From: Octopus vulgaris
Taxonomy: Eukaryota
Direction: 5' to 3'
Assembly: GCA_951406725.2 (NCBI GenBank)
Contig: OX597817.1
Span: 175,832,001 to 175,896,000, forward strand
Length of the DNA: 64,000 nt
Under the pieces are notes generated by a model. That model searched no databases, was not told the origin of the DNA, and worked only from the letters and a program-made list of their open reading frames with translations. The position numbers were made by a program, and so were the translations under genes. Below, in pieces: positions 41,886 to 56,190 of this stretch; positions within the stretch are counted from its first letter, which is position 1; every line of letters starts with the position of its first letter.

Positions 41886-43713
41886 TTGACTGATTGATTC
41901 TAGTTTCAGCTCACGAGCTGTGGCCATGCTGGGGCACCGCCATTTGGTGTTACTACATGGTTTTACTTCACGAATGCTTTTTAGCAACTGCCATTTGGTG
42001 CATGAGAGAGTTCGATGCAGCTGCCCTCATCTGCACCTCCTGCCGTGAAGTTGGTTCATCTGGGATACCTGACAAGAAGAGATCCAGTTTCATTTTAAAG
42101 ACATCTGCATCAACCCCATGCAGGTCTCTTAGGTTCTTCGGGAGGATATTGAAGAGCTGTGGGCCTCGGAAGCCCAGGCTATCACAGTATCTTGTCCTAC
42201 ATCTTGATGGCAAATTTGGAGTCCTTGGCACCACGCAGTGGCGTCCAGTTCTGGCATTTGTGTAACTCTCGATGCCAAAGTTTGGGACAAGTCCTTCCAG
42301 GATCTTCCAGATGTATATTATGGCATATCTTTCTCGCCTACGCTCCAAGGAATAGAGTCTCAATCTCTTGAGTCTTTCCCAATAGCTTATATGCTGCACA
42401 GAGGCTATCTTCTTCGTGTAGCTACGTTGGATCGCCTCAAGTTCTGTGATCAACTTGACACTGGATGGTGACCATAGCTGAGAGCAATAGTCAAAGTGGC
42501 TTAGGACAAGTGTCCTCCAGAGGACCATCATGGTTTCTTGTTCTCTTGTTCTAAAGGTTCTAAGAATCCATCCGGCCAGTCGTCTACATTTCATTGCCAA
42601 TTTAGCAACATGTACACGAAAGGTTGCGTCATCACTCATGTAAATACCCAGGTCACGCACTGATTGTGCCTCTGGGATTGCAATTCCTCCGGGTCCAGTG
42701 TATTCATTGGGTATTGCATTTAGTTTTGCATGCTGATAGCATAAAGTTTGAAACTTTTCAGCATTGAACTGCATGCTATTCTTTTCAGCCCACTTGTATA
42801 TTTTGTCCAGCTCACATCGCAGACGTTTAGTGTCCTCAGGGTTCTGTATTGCCTGTGAAACTTTTGTATCATCTGCATAACTTGTGATCGTGGCTCTCTG
42901 CGTGGCTGAGGGCATGTCTGAGAGGGCCATTATGAACAGTAGTGGTCCCAAAACAGTGCCCTGCGGAACACCGCTCACTATTTGCGTGTTAATGGAAGTG
43001 GCCCCATTGGCTACTACCACCTGACTTCTATCTTTCAGAAAGTCATGAAGCCATTCTCCCAGTTTTCCAACTATGCTAAGATCACGCAGTTTGTGACATA
43101 TCACTCCATGATCGACTTTATCAAAGGCCTTTGCAAAGTCGAGATATATCACTTCCACATTTGAGTGGTTGAGCAGTCGTTTCAGCACCCAGTCATAGTG
43201 TTGTAGGAGCTGAGTTAAGCAGCTTCTTCCTGGTCGGAAACCATGTTGGATGTCAGACAGCAAGTCATTTTCTTCAAGGAAGGTGATCAGTTTCCTTCTG
43301 ACTATTCGTTCCATGACCTTGCTGATGTGTGAGGTCAGAGAGATAGGTCTGTAGTTCTTTGCCTCCGCTCTGCTACCTCCTTTATGAATAGGGCATATTT
43401 TACCTTCCTTCAGTTTTCTTGGAAGTTTGCCAGTTGCAAGGAAGCTCTGAAAGAGGAACTGCAGTGGTCTTGCTAGGACTCTCTTACATACTTTTAGGAG
43501 GATTGCCGGGAATCCATCGGGGCCAGTAGCTGAGTCTGTTTTCATTTCATCTATAGCCTTTATTACATCGTCTTCCTTTATATCGATGTAATCTATCGTC
43601 GCTGCCTCTGATTTTATATCTGCAGTGGTAAAGAAGTCAGTTGGATTGGTGATTTGGAAATGCCCAAGGGGTGGAGTGAAAACACTCTTGAATTGCTCAT
43701 TCAGTATTTCACT
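41886..43713 (-). mobile_element. 5'-truncated CR1-type LINE with an uninterrupted RT ORF (41968-43545, 525 aa); endonuclease domain absent
   Basis: GPDG, NYRPISL, QHGFRPGRSC, YLDFAKAFDKV, GVPQGTVLGP and YADD motifs; (TCAA) tail. Confidence 0.95.
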
Positions 43714-44790
43714 TTAGCAATAAATTTCACTGGGTAACACGATTTTTGTCCTTGGGTAGCAACAGTTATTTCCTATCTGCTTACCCTTAGAAAATATGAA
43801 AATCGGTTAATATTTCCTTCAGACTTTTCTTTTGTTGTGTCTGGGGAGAGTCATTTTCTTTTTGTGCCTTATGATATAACACACTCACCGGTAAAATTTC
43901 CACTTATTCCTTATTATTATTTTCCTAAAATCTTCGTTGCGTCTTGCAGTCTTTTCAATAATCTTGACTCTTTTGTTACATTTATTCAAACCCCAAAGAA
44001 TCCCTCTCAACACATGCCTATGATGCTCCCCCATTAGTCGTGCTCATGATTAGAGATGCAAATATAACCACTAAGGGATACGCTCATGTGGTTATGGTCA
44101 AGAAACTGACAAGCAATTCTGTGATATTAAGGATAATATTTGTTATAACGATATTTCTGCTTCAGCAATTCAGCGCTGAATTTGTCAGAAATGTAATGGA
44201 AAAGAAGGCAGTTTCAAACCATTGATATCCAGGTGACAAAAGCAAAGTTTGAAGGGAATAGTAGACATTTCCTTCGATTTCTCGATAGAAGCAAATAGGA
44301 AATAACACTTACTGACCAAAGACAAAAAAAAAAAAATTATTACTCTGTGTTATAAGTATACATGAAGGCATACATGCAGACTCGCACACGCGCATAAATC
44401 TATGCGAGTGTATACATACACACACACGTACACACACACACACAGAGGCAGGTATGTGTACATATATATATATATATCCACACATACACATGTGTACATA
44501 TATATATGCCCACACATATACATGTGTACACATATATATGTGTACACATATATACATCTACATATACTCATATGCAAATCTGTGCTTATGTAAAATATCT
44601 ATACCTATAATCATATATATTCACATGTACCCACTTGCATGTTCATATATGTATACATATACACGTATATACACGCATGCATATATACATGTACATATAT
44701 ACATACACATATATATACATACATACCTACATGCATATACACACATATATGCATATGAATATACATATACATATTCATACACACACACAT

Positions 44791-44829
<39 letters not shown>

Positions 44830-44974
44830 CATGTACATATATACATATATATATTTGACTGAAATTGATGGGTGAGCGTTTGGCCAATCAGATTCGCAAG
44901 GAGCCATGACAGCTACGATTTGTGGGTTCGATTCAGCCTGAGGTTAGCTCATCATTTTTCGGTCATTTGTTTAT

Positions 44975-45420
44975 ATTTAAAAATCGTCTGAGATGGGTGG
45001 GCCACGTAGTAAGAATGAAAGAAAGCGGTGAACTTTCCACTGCAAGAAGACTCCATGGCCGTCCCCTCCGTCGATACATGGATCATCTGAAGCAAAGCCT
45101 AAAACTGACTGGAATCGATCTCAAAGCTTGGGGCATTGACGCTCAGGACAGGCCCGGCTGGCATCATTCCATTTCTACTGACAGATCATTTTGATGCTGA
45201 ACGACAGGAAAGAGAAACGACAAAAAAGAAAATGGAGGCTACAACAACGAAAGCCTCCACCACGGATCCCCTATGAACTTTGCAACAGACGCTTCCATGC
45301 AAGAATTGGCCTCATTAGTCATCAGAGGCATAAATGCGGACAGAGGGGAAGAAGTGGTCAAGAAAAAAAAAAAACAAATAAATTATCTGACACACGATAA
45401 CACGCCGCTGCCGCCGCCGA
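44975..45420 (+). mobile_element. RTE/BovB-like LINE 3' fragment
   Basis: RLRWVGHVVRM...GRP..RY.D.LK..LK, W...AQDR..W and the terminal finger ELCNRRFHARIGLISHQRH. Confidence 0.85.
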
Positions 45421-45421
45421 C

Positions 45422-45497
<76 letters not shown>

Positions 45498-46140
45498 GAA
45501 TGTATATCAGTGTGTGCATGGGTGTGTATGCGTGAATGTGTATGTGTGTCTATATGTTTTATACTAAGAGACTGACATGTGATTTAAGGTCGTACACTGT
45601 ATTATAAGAACGATTGTTTTTCTACAATGCTCTTCCGACATAAACTGACAAAACACTGTTATTCTGGGATATATTTATTTCTTGATATGTGATCATATGC
45701 GAACTTAAACAATTAATTAAAAATATAACAACCACCTCTCATATAACCACAGATAAGAACCAATCTTTTATATAACGTGTTACTGAGAGCAACGGTTTGA
45801 AGTGTAGTAGTATTACAGAACGTTCAAGGGTCATATTTCTATTGTATGAAAGCTATATTATATAGTTCAGCTTACTGAGATAGAAATATGTACAGTGCCA
45901 AATTATGGTAATCACACGCGCACACATACACATACACAAATACACACTCACACACACACTCACAGGCACACACACGCGCACACATACGCGCGCGCACACA
46001 CACGCGCGCGCACACACACACGTTTATACATTCATAAACACACATTTACCTACATACATGCACACATATTTAGGTATACATCGTGCGTATATACATACAT
46101 ATATACATACATACACAAATATATATACACATATATATAT

Positions 46141-46184
<44 letters not shown>

Positions 46185-46217
46185 ATATATATATATGTAT
46201 ATATATATATGTATATA

Positions 46218-46317
<100 letters not shown>

Positions 46318-46637
46318 ACAGAACAAAAGCGTAAATAGGCAGTCAATAGGTATCAAGTTTATTATTAACATATTTACACTTATATAAGATATTGAAAAGA
46401 AATGCAAATATACGTGAAGAATTATATAGCAGTAAGTCAGGAAGAGCCCCCAAATGTGAAAAGTTCACAATAGTTCAGATGTAGATAGGTACATTCCTGG
46501 TTAAGGTAGGAAAGAAGTCTATAGCGTTGATAAGACATAGTTTAGTCAATAGATGATGTCACTAAACATGGGTATATAGAAAGGAGAAATAAGAAAGGAA
46601 ATGCCAAAGAAAAGTGCCCTGACAATCCTTTATTTAC

Positions 46638-46834
46638 ATTCTTTTATTCTTTTACTTGTTTCAGTCACTTGACTGTGACCATGCTGGAGCACCGCCTTTA
46701 GTCAAGTAAACCCCGGGGCTTATTCTTTGTAAGCCTAGTACCCCCCCCCCACCGCCGAACCGCCAAGCCACGGTGACGCAAATACACCAGCATCGGTTGT
46801 CAAGCGATGTTGGGGGACAAACACAGATACACAA

Positions 46835-46906
<72 letters not shown>

Positions 46907-47062
46907 GACGGGCTTCTTTCAGTTTCCGTCCACCAAATCCACTCACAAGGCTTTGGTCGGCCCGAGGCTATAGTAGAAGACAGTTGCCCAAGGTGCCATG
47001 CAGTGGGACTGAACCCGGAACCATGTGGTTAGTAAGCAAGCTACTTACCACACGCCACTCCT
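46638..47062 (-). mobile_element. SINE family B with expanded internal (CA)n
   Basis: Homologous to 6886-7288. Confidence 0.9.
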
Positions 47063-49286
47063 ACATGTACATACATACATGCAAACATATACATACATAC
47101 ATACATATATACACACACACATGGGTATATATAAGCACCTGTCTGTATGCATAAACGTATGTATGTGAATATGTATGCATATGTATGCATTCACAGATAT
47201 AGAAAAGGCCCAGTATGTACACTATATTCTAATAGCGAGACCCCTACAAGGAACTCGTCCATTCCACACGTCCTTTCCGTCGTGGTCTGTCGCTCTCGAA
47301 ATAATGTATACATACCTAGCGAGATAGAGAGACATGACGGGTCCCAGCTGCTTTTAGTATGACGTCATGATGTAACCAGCCCCTAACTAAAATTGAAATT
47401 CTTTACGAACCAAACAGAGCAGACAATCCGGAGATGAATTCACGTGAAGATAAAATAACTTAAACACCTCATTCTATTGATATAGATAAAATGATTTTTC
47501 ATTTACCCTCCCAAGGTATTTCACTAATTCTATGTAGGAGCCTCACAAACAACTTAAACGTTGTTACGTGTTGCTACAGGTGTGGTTTGCAAAGTTCAGG
47601 CTTGTATTTTGTTTGCTTAGTGACACACCATCCCTTTTCTAAGCGGACGCACTGTTTAAGAACTTGACCTATTTTTTTGTTTTTGTCTTCGTGTGTTCAC
47701 CCGAACGTAAATGTGTGTGTATTGCTGTCTTCTGTTGCCTGTTGTATTTGTTGTGCATGTAGGTTTGCTACGTGTCATCTATTGTGTATGTGTGTGTGTC
47801 TATTGCGTGTCGTCTGTTATATATCGTGTTGTTTGTTATGTTTGGAGTGTCATCTGGACGAAGCATGGTCGAAGGGTTAAAAATTTCATCGTGCAATCAC
47901 GAAGTCCTGGTCCTGGATTCAATCTCATTGCGTGGCATCTTCGGCAAGTTTTTTTTTTACCAAAGCCTCGGATTATTCTGTGCCCTGTTATTTAAAATGA
48001 GTCGCCGGAAACTATAATGAAGCCCGTCGGGTAGCTCGTGAATGAGATTCACTAATACAGCCCTGTCACACATTGTCAAGCTGATTCTGCTTGAGAATTA
48101 CTTTAAGGGTACACTTGTCTGTGGAATACTCAAGCATTCACTATTCTAATTCAATGAACAAGTATTTCAGTTGATCGAACCACTCAATACTCATCGTCGA
48201 AACCGATGGAGATCCAATTAACTTTTTTTATATTTCTTTTTCACTGTTTATCTAAATGAAATAAAATCCATAATCGATTTCTTGTTTCCAGCCATTGAAT
48301 ATGGAGGGCATCGGATGAACTGTCTTGCAGTATTTGGTTATATCCCTTTGCCTTCTGATATCAATTCCTACCATGGCCAACTTCACCATTCATCTTTCCG
48401 GGGATTGATACTGGGGTCGATATAATCAAATATGAGGCTATATATAAAGAAATCGCTATTTTAGAATCGCTAAAACGGTAGAATAAATACATTTTCTTTT
48501 ATCTTGTATCGTGTACTTTTTCCAGTCATTAGATTGCGGTCATACTGGGGTACAGCCTCGAAAGATTTATTCGAACAAAGTTTTGCCGAGCTGCTAAGTT
48601 ATGGGAACGTAAACAAACCAACACCGGTTGTCAAGCGGTGTAGGGGGGCAAACACAGCACAAGCACAAGCACACAGACACACGGGCGATATATATAAATA
48701 TATATGTATGTATGTATACAGTTATGTGCTTTGACTACAGTACTAGAGCATTTTAGTTCTTATTTCTAGCAATGCAGATGTTTCTAAAACCCTATTACCC
48801 TAGTCGCATTTAGTGACAATTATAGTTTTCTTTTTTGGTAAACATTGCAAACTGCTGTATATTTTAATTATATATATAATTTATAAACAAGGGCAAAAGA
48901 AAAAATATTTCTATGCCAATATGCTGAGAACAGACGTGGAGTGACGAAGTCACTATAAGTAAGGTGACGTCGGCCAGTATCGGGGAGTACGAGTTAGAAT
49001 GTGTTGAGAGTCGTGTCTTACAGAGCTAATAGCGATACTGCGATAACCGAAATGGGCGTGTTACTATACTGACATATAAAGGATATATCAGTGACAATGC
49101 AAATTACAACAGTGGCGACGAGGATTTAAATTATACTGTGATACTGAGTGGACGCTATAATAATAGTATGCGACTGGTCGTACAGTGCCAGATAGAAACC
49201 TTCTATCGACGACTTCGGATTTATAACAATATCTGTCAGAGAGGCAACCGTCGTACAAAGACAGATATAATACACACACACACACG

Positions 49287-49347
<61 letters not shown>

Positions 49348-49661
49348 ATATAATTATATAGATGCAATTATAATCCCAGCTGTTTCCTCTCGAAGTACAT
49401 CTGCTGATTCCAGTAGTCTAAAGTCGCATGTTATATTTGTGTGAAGTATGCATAAGAGTTGAAAAATACTGGAAAATATATCTTGCAAAGTTATTTCATA
49501 TCAAAACAGGGGATTGGAAAACATATTAGTATTATTTACTCACCATTACACGTGTTTCATTTGCTAATAGGAGTTACAAAATTGTAAATGTAACACGTGC
49601 AATGGTGAATAAATAATATAAAAATATTTTTCCATTTTCCTGTTTTGATATACATATACAC

Positions 49662-49717
<56 letters not shown>

Positions 49718-50472
49718 GACAGGCTTCTTCACAATTTCCGTCTACCAAATTCATTCATAAGACATTGTCCGGCCCGGGGCCAAAGAAGATGACACTTGCC
49801 AGTAGCGCCGCACATTAGAGCTTAATCAGAGGCTGCAAAGCGAGTTTCCTAATTATCCAGCCAAACCTGTGGATTTTTTTTCCGTTTCTTTCTTTTTTTT
49901 TTTACATTGTGAGTTAAAACGACTCAGAGACCAACTTGCCTTTTAATCTTCCGGGGGGAAATAAAATGAAATAGTAATCAAACACTAGGGTCGATGATAT
50001 CGACTAATCCACATCTTAAATTTACTGACCCTCTGCCTAATTCTGCAACAACTATTTTATGTCTATTTTTCTGTCTGCGTTTTATTACATTTTCTTTTTG
50101 CTTCACCTATTATTTGAACATTCCCCCTTTTTTATTACATCAAGGTCATAGAAAACAAGGTAACCTAAATTTGTTTTAATAGTGTACAAATGTTTTCTGT
50201 CCCCTTTCATGAATGGATAATCTGTTACAGAGAAGTCTCACCGAAACATAGTAATTAAAACTTGCCTAGCAGGTGTTATTATCGTGATGGATTACAATAA
50301 GCAGGGCCTAACAAAACGGCGTTTCGGCAGGTGCTTCGGTCCGTGTCCCGAACCGGCGTAAATATTATATATCCTATATAAGCCTTTTTGTGGACCTGGT
50401 TAAGTTACAGAGATGTAAACAAATCAAGTACTGAGAGATAAGCACAGTACAAAGACGCAAGCACACAGACAT

Positions 50473-50541
<69 letters not shown>

Positions 50542-50629
50542 TGTGTGTGTATTTGTGCACGCGCGCGTGTGTGTGTATGTGCATAGTTTCCGAGTGCCAA
50601 ATTTTGTCACAAAGCATTGGTCGAATAAA

Positions 50630-51034
50630 GCGGTGATCTGGCAGAAACGCTAGCACGCCGGGCGAAATGCGTAGCCGTATTTCGTCTGTCGTTACGTTCT
50701 GAGTTCAAATTCCGCCGAGGTCGACTTTGCCTTTCATCCTTTCGGGGGTCGATAAATTAAGTACCAGTTACGCACTGGGGTCGATATAATCGACTTAATC
50801 CGTTTATCTGTCCTCTCTGTGTTTAGCCCCTTGTGAGCAATAAAGAAATAGGTATTTCATCTGCCGCTACATTCTGAGTTCAAATTCCGCCGAGGTCGAC
50901 TTTGCCTTTCATCCTTTCGGGGTCGATAAATTAAGTACCAGTTGCGCACTGGGGTCAATGTAATCGACATAATCCGTTTGTCTGTCCTTGTTTGTCCCCT
51001 CTATGTTTAGCTCCTTGTGCGCAATAAAGAAATA
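50630..51034 (+). mobile_element. SINE family A dimer (full copy plus 5'-truncated copy)
   Basis: Junction taaagaaata|ggtatttc at 50850; B box gagttcaaattcc in both units. Confidence 0.9.
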
Positions 51035-51309
51035 AGAATTAATACACAAATTTAGTCTATAATCAAAATGTTTGTTTACTTTTTTTAATTAAAAGATGTT
51101 TTAAATTTTGGCCGATGAGCTTATATAAATATTTTATTTCGTCTGTCTTTACGTTGTAAGTTCAAATTCCGCCGAGGTCGACTTTGCCTTTCAGGTTCGA
51201 TAAATTAAGTACCAGTTGCTTACTGGGGTCGATCTAATCGACTGGCCCCTTCCCCCAAAATTTTGGGCCTTGAGCCTAGAGTAGAAAAGAATATAAATAT
51301 TTCATACGT

Positions 51310-53340
51310 GCAGTCATTGCAAACTTCATTTTATTGATTATTGTTAAGATTTTAGCAGAACGAGATCGTTCGTTTCGTGGTTAAAGATGTAACTGTTTCC
51401 TCTCCACGCAGTGGAAATCACTAGGGCTTTGTGAGAACTACTAGTTAAAATTAACCCTTTTCTAATGGGATATACAAATATATGTGCAAACAGAGGAGAC
51501 TTAAATTATATCTACCTAAAACAACATCTGAAGATTTCATCAATTTGAATGGATACAACATACTGGACAACATTAGCTGTGAAGGAAAGAAGCTCAAGTA
51601 TTATTCTGCTTCATTGGATTTTACTCCAGATATATTTTATTTGATTCAGTTGACTTTAACTGTGCGTTATGCTTTATCGTTTGGCATAGTTGAAAGATTT
51701 GTGAGGTTTCTAGATTTAGAAGGTTTATTTTTTTTATATTGCCCACAGGGGGCTAAACATAGAGGGGACAAACAAGAACAGACAAACGGATTAAGTCGAT
51801 TACATCGACCCCAGTGCGTAACTGGTACTTATTTAATCGACCCCGAAAGGATGAAAGGTAAAGTCGACCTCGGCGGAATTTGAACTCAGAATGTAGCGGC
51901 AGACGAAATACCTATTTCTTTACTACCCACAAGGGGCTAAACACAGAGAGGACAAACAAGGACAGACAAACGGATTAAGTCGATTATATCGACCCCAGTG
52001 CGTAACTGGTACTTAATTTATCGACCCCGAAAAGATGAAAGGCAAAGTCGACCTCGGCGGAATTTGAACTCAGAACGTAGCTACAGACGAAATACCGCTA
52101 AGCATTTCGCCCGGCGTGCTAACGATTCTGCCAGCTCGCCGCCAGTGCTAAACAGTTCGCTCAGAACTTATTCGGCTTTTTGAAAGAACATGGTATTGAT
52201 ATAAAAGAATGCAATACAGTCAAAGTTATGACAATATCAGTGAGTGGAGAATGTAGTGACTCACAAACATGAAATAAAGAATTTTGAATAAATTTTGCTG
52301 ATTCGATTTCATGTTTTATACATTCACGAAGAGTAATGCTGTCAAGAGTAATTAAGTTCCTTTGAATTTCAGCACTTTTTGCCCTGTTTTTACCTATATG
52401 TTGGAGCTCCTTTCTGCTGCATTATTATATGTTAATTGCCCACTATCACTATGAATATAATGTTAGATATCAAGCAGCCAGTTAAGGAAGCAAGAAAAGC
52501 ACTTTTACATAGTAAATCTTGGATAACAACGATTAGGAGGGAGGGAGAAAAAGAGAGAGAGAGAAAGAGAAAGATAAGGATAGGTTCATGAACTACTCTC
52601 TACAATGTTGAAGTTGGAAACAGGAATAATGGTTTTACTGTAAGGTCAAGTATTGTAGCATTTTCAATTATTTGCCGTTTCTTTGCAATCTTCTGGCCAA
52701 GATTTGAACACAGTTTGCGCATTCTATGAATCCTTCCATGACCATATTCAAACTTTGTAGTCTACTTTCTTCTTTCAGATATTTATCAAAAAGTCAAGGA
52801 TCTGAATGAGTGTAAACATTATCAACAGGAAACTCGAAGGAAGAGAATAAGCGACATTACAAATATGATGCTTTCACTATTTTCAGTACTTGATCTTCTT
52901 GTTAAATCTCAAACAACTTCTCAGAAATTTAAAAGCCGGGCAGTCTTGCCATATTTGATGGCTTGCTTTCTGCTCCGTCAAAATGCCAGAAAACTTATCG
53001 AAAGGCGAATTTGGATTTTTTTTTCATCAGCTTACGGTTCTTCATACCCGAATAAATTGCAAAAAGATCATTAAATCTGGATGATCTGAAAGGAAGTCTC
53101 GGCGGAGAATTTACGTAGTTTACAGAAATGTTTAAAACTGCTATTGCTTCTCCAAACAAGACTTTATAGAGTTTACCGTTTTACCGTTTAATAACAGACA
53201 GTTCTTTGGAGTCTCATTTTCAAATATAGGAAATGCCTAGCGCATCTACTCATGGTTATCAACTACTATGGGAAACATTCATTTTCAAAAATGAAAGGAA
53301 TAACAATGAACTAAGAAGTACCATAGGCCATAACAAATTG
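51310..53340 (+). pseudogene. Decayed hAT transposase, interrupted by a SINE dimer
   Basis: KYYSASLDFTPDI..QLTLTVRY..VERFVRFL; after the SINEs, FLKEHGIDIKEC..QSYDN; near 53280-53330 SFSKMK...NELRSTIG (hAT dimerisation domain). Many stops and frameshifts. Confidence 0.8.
51727..52143 (-). mobile_element. SINE family A dimer, inverted relative to 50630-51034
   Basis: Same full-plus-truncated junction (gaaatacc|tatttcttta at 51912). Confidence 0.9.
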
Positions 53341-54680
53341 ACTAATCACCTTGTAATAAATAATGTATACTAAGTTGACATTTCTGGTACCCTTAATAGA
53401 TTGGCCTCAGCTAAATCTAGAAATTGTAGTTTTCGGTGCCTTTAGATATTGTCCTTAAATATTTATGTCTCGTCTATAAATATTTGTTTATCTTTTTTAT
53501 TAATAAATTTAGGACTCATAACATATACTACAAGCCCCGTAATACCTTAGTCTTGCCTTAAATTCCACCAACCACTGTAATTATTTTTCATTACCTCAAA
53601 AATTCTTTTGACCCTAATGCCATAACTAATAATTGCAAATAGCACTTCCATAAAAATGGTCACCACAGCAACTAAGATGTTATCGTTACTAGCATAACTA
53701 ATAATACAACAAATAATAATGCCACCACCACTATCAACACCATCGCCACCATCACTACAATCATCATCACAAGCATCGCCGTTTCGACCTATACCGCCAA
53801 TAAAATACTAGGACCAATATTGATATAGTCATTTCTACTGCAACATCTACAACAACTACACTAAAACCACGATTGTAACACCTACTAATACGTCTATTAC
53901 TAACAACTAAGAGTACCATCTCTATCATAACTTTCACCGCAGCCACCGCCGTTGAGGCTGCTAACATTATCACCACAACTGACAAGAACGGCAGCAAAAA
54001 CAAATGCAACAAGAAAAGTTCACAAACATTACACAATTATTCGCTACTGATATTTTCTCTTCAATGCTGAACATGTAAATTTTAGCTTCTGATCTTCCTC
54101 CCTGAATACTGAAATTAGTGAGAGTGGTGGCGTTGGTGTTGATGGTGGTGATGGTGGACTTGGTGGCAACGGTGGTACTGGTTTCGTTTGTAGTAGAGGG
54201 TGTTGTTTCTGCTACTGCTACAAATTGACTATCGACATTTGAATCAATATCACGGTTCTTATTTAATTATACGTCTGACATTTTTTTTTTGTTTGGTTGT
54301 CTTTTGAATGTTTTATCTTTTAATATCAACTGATTTTTGGCACAAAATTACCACGTTTAAAAAAAAGGAAAAATAAAGGTGCCTGTTAATCTCTCTTTTC
54401 AAATTTGGGCCAAACAAAGTACTAGTATATTTGGAGTATTCTAGATTCTTCCATTAGGTTCCTATATCAGGATGGAGAATTTTAGTGCGTCACATATGCG
54501 TCTCTTGTACTGAAGAACAATATATTGAAACGAGCCTATGTAAGGCTGGTAATATACTGTCAGTCTCTTTTGAGAGCCGCTAAGTAATCGGCAAGTAAAT
54601 AATGCCACATCGGCTGTCAAATGGTGGGAAGACGAACACAAACAGAGATACACACATACACATGCACGCACACACACACG

Positions 54681-54765
54681 TGCAGACCCTCGGTTTACAA
54701 ATTTAATTCGCTCATGAAGGCCGTTCGTCACTCGAAATGTTCGTAAATCGAAGTTCCACGGTGTA
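54681..54765. mobile_element. Small pogo/Tigger-like MITE remnant
   Basis: accctcggtttac versus gtaaatcgaagttccac (imperfect TIRs). Confidence 0.4.
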
Positions 54766-54799
54766 CACACACACACAGCACATTATATATATATATATA

Positions 54800-54950
54800 T
54801 GGTTGTGTGGTAAGAAGCTTGCTTCTCAACCACATCGTTCCGGGTTCAGTCCTACTGCATGGCACCTTGGGCAATTGTCTTCTGCTATAGCCTCGGGCCG
54901 ACCCAAGCTTGTGAGTGGATTTCGTAAATAGAAACTGAAAGAAACCCGTC

Positions 54951-55012
<62 letters not shown>

Positions 55013-55027
55013 GTGTGTATGTGTATG

Positions 55028-55076
<49 letters not shown>

Positions 55077-55101
55077 GTATGTATGTGTGTGTATGTGTAT
55101 G

Positions 55102-55133
<32 letters not shown>

Positions 55134-55156
55134 TATATATACATATATATATATAC

Positions 55157-55212
<56 letters not shown>

Positions 55213-55227
55213 GTGTGTATGTGTATG

Positions 55228-55259
<32 letters not shown>

Positions 55260-55281
55260 TGTATGTATGTGTATGTATATA

Positions 55282-55325
<44 letters not shown>

Positions 55326-55354
55326 TATACATATATATACATATATATATATAC

Positions 55355-55423
<69 letters not shown>
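54800..55423 (+). repeat. SINE family B 5' half followed by a ~470-bp compound TA/TG microsatellite
   Basis: SINE head at 54800-54952; the block atgtatgtatgtgtgtgtatgtgtatgtat recurs in the array. Confidence 0.85.
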
Positions 55424-55426
<3 letters not shown>

Positions 55427-55977
55427 TGGAAAAAACCCTTCTTTCAGACCATGACATGGTTCTCTGTAACATGAAATTCCACCAGCCGAAAGCTAATCCT
55501 AGTGACCTCCCTCCAGCCCACCCATTTGACAACATGGATCTCCATAATGCCAACTGGGATGCAATCAGGAACGAGCTATCACATCAGCAATCCTGATATG
55601 GCCGATCTGGGCTGTATCAGTGATGTCAACCCCCAACACACTATATCGGACATAACGTTTAGTGCCCCTGATGTCTTAGCGGCGATGCACAATTATTTCA
55701 CCTCAATTGGCCCCGCTCTCTTTAACATTACACCAAAACACATTAAAACAGAAACTGACCCTATAGGGTTCAAGAAGTCTTTGGACAGATTCCTTCAAAA
55801 AATCCCGGATAAACCCCCCTACACCCGGATATGTCTCTGTAAACAATAACTCTCTACTTGAGTGGGCCATAGTGCCCAAATTCTGACTTGAAAGACTTCA
55901 CCAGGTGGTGCTATTAAGTTAGACATGGCATAGGCCAATAATGGCCGAAACCTATCAAAGTATCAAAGTATCAAAGT
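55424..55977 (+). mobile_element. Doubly internally deleted CR1-type LINE with (TATCAAAG)3 tail
   Basis: LSDHDMV (end of APE endonuclease), DITFSAPDVLAAM (linker) and GPALFN..P..FKKSLDRFLQKIPDKP (C-terminus) joined within about 550 bp. Confidence 0.75.
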
Positions 55978-55980
55978 ATG

Positions 55981-56038
<58 letters not shown>

Positions 56039-56129
56039 GGAGTAAACACATAAATGTGAAACAAGGTGGAAAAAAGAGTACTCAAATACCAGTGGTAGAG
56101 TAATATGCTTTATTTTAAGCAGCAGAAAA

Positions 56130-56190
56130 TTCAACAAAATCTGTTACTCTGAGTTTCTCGTTGCCGTTCATCAGACAGTTTTTGCTAGAA
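56130..56190 (-). ncRNA. Minimal type I hammerhead ribozyme, sense to the PLE ORF
   Basis: aaaaactgt-CTGATGA-a cg gcaa cg a-GAAAC-tcaga-GTA-acagatttt. Stems I and III pair; predicted cut after GUA (56145/56144). Confidence 0.78.

Noticed and set aside
53690-54230. Apparent inverted similarity between CAC-rich and GTG-rich tracts
   Set aside because: Low-complexity composition only; the arms cannot be aligned.
54710-54742. CTCATGA...GAAATGTTC hammerhead-like string
   Set aside because: Core mismatch and no stem II; better explained by the internal repeats of a Tigger-like MITE.
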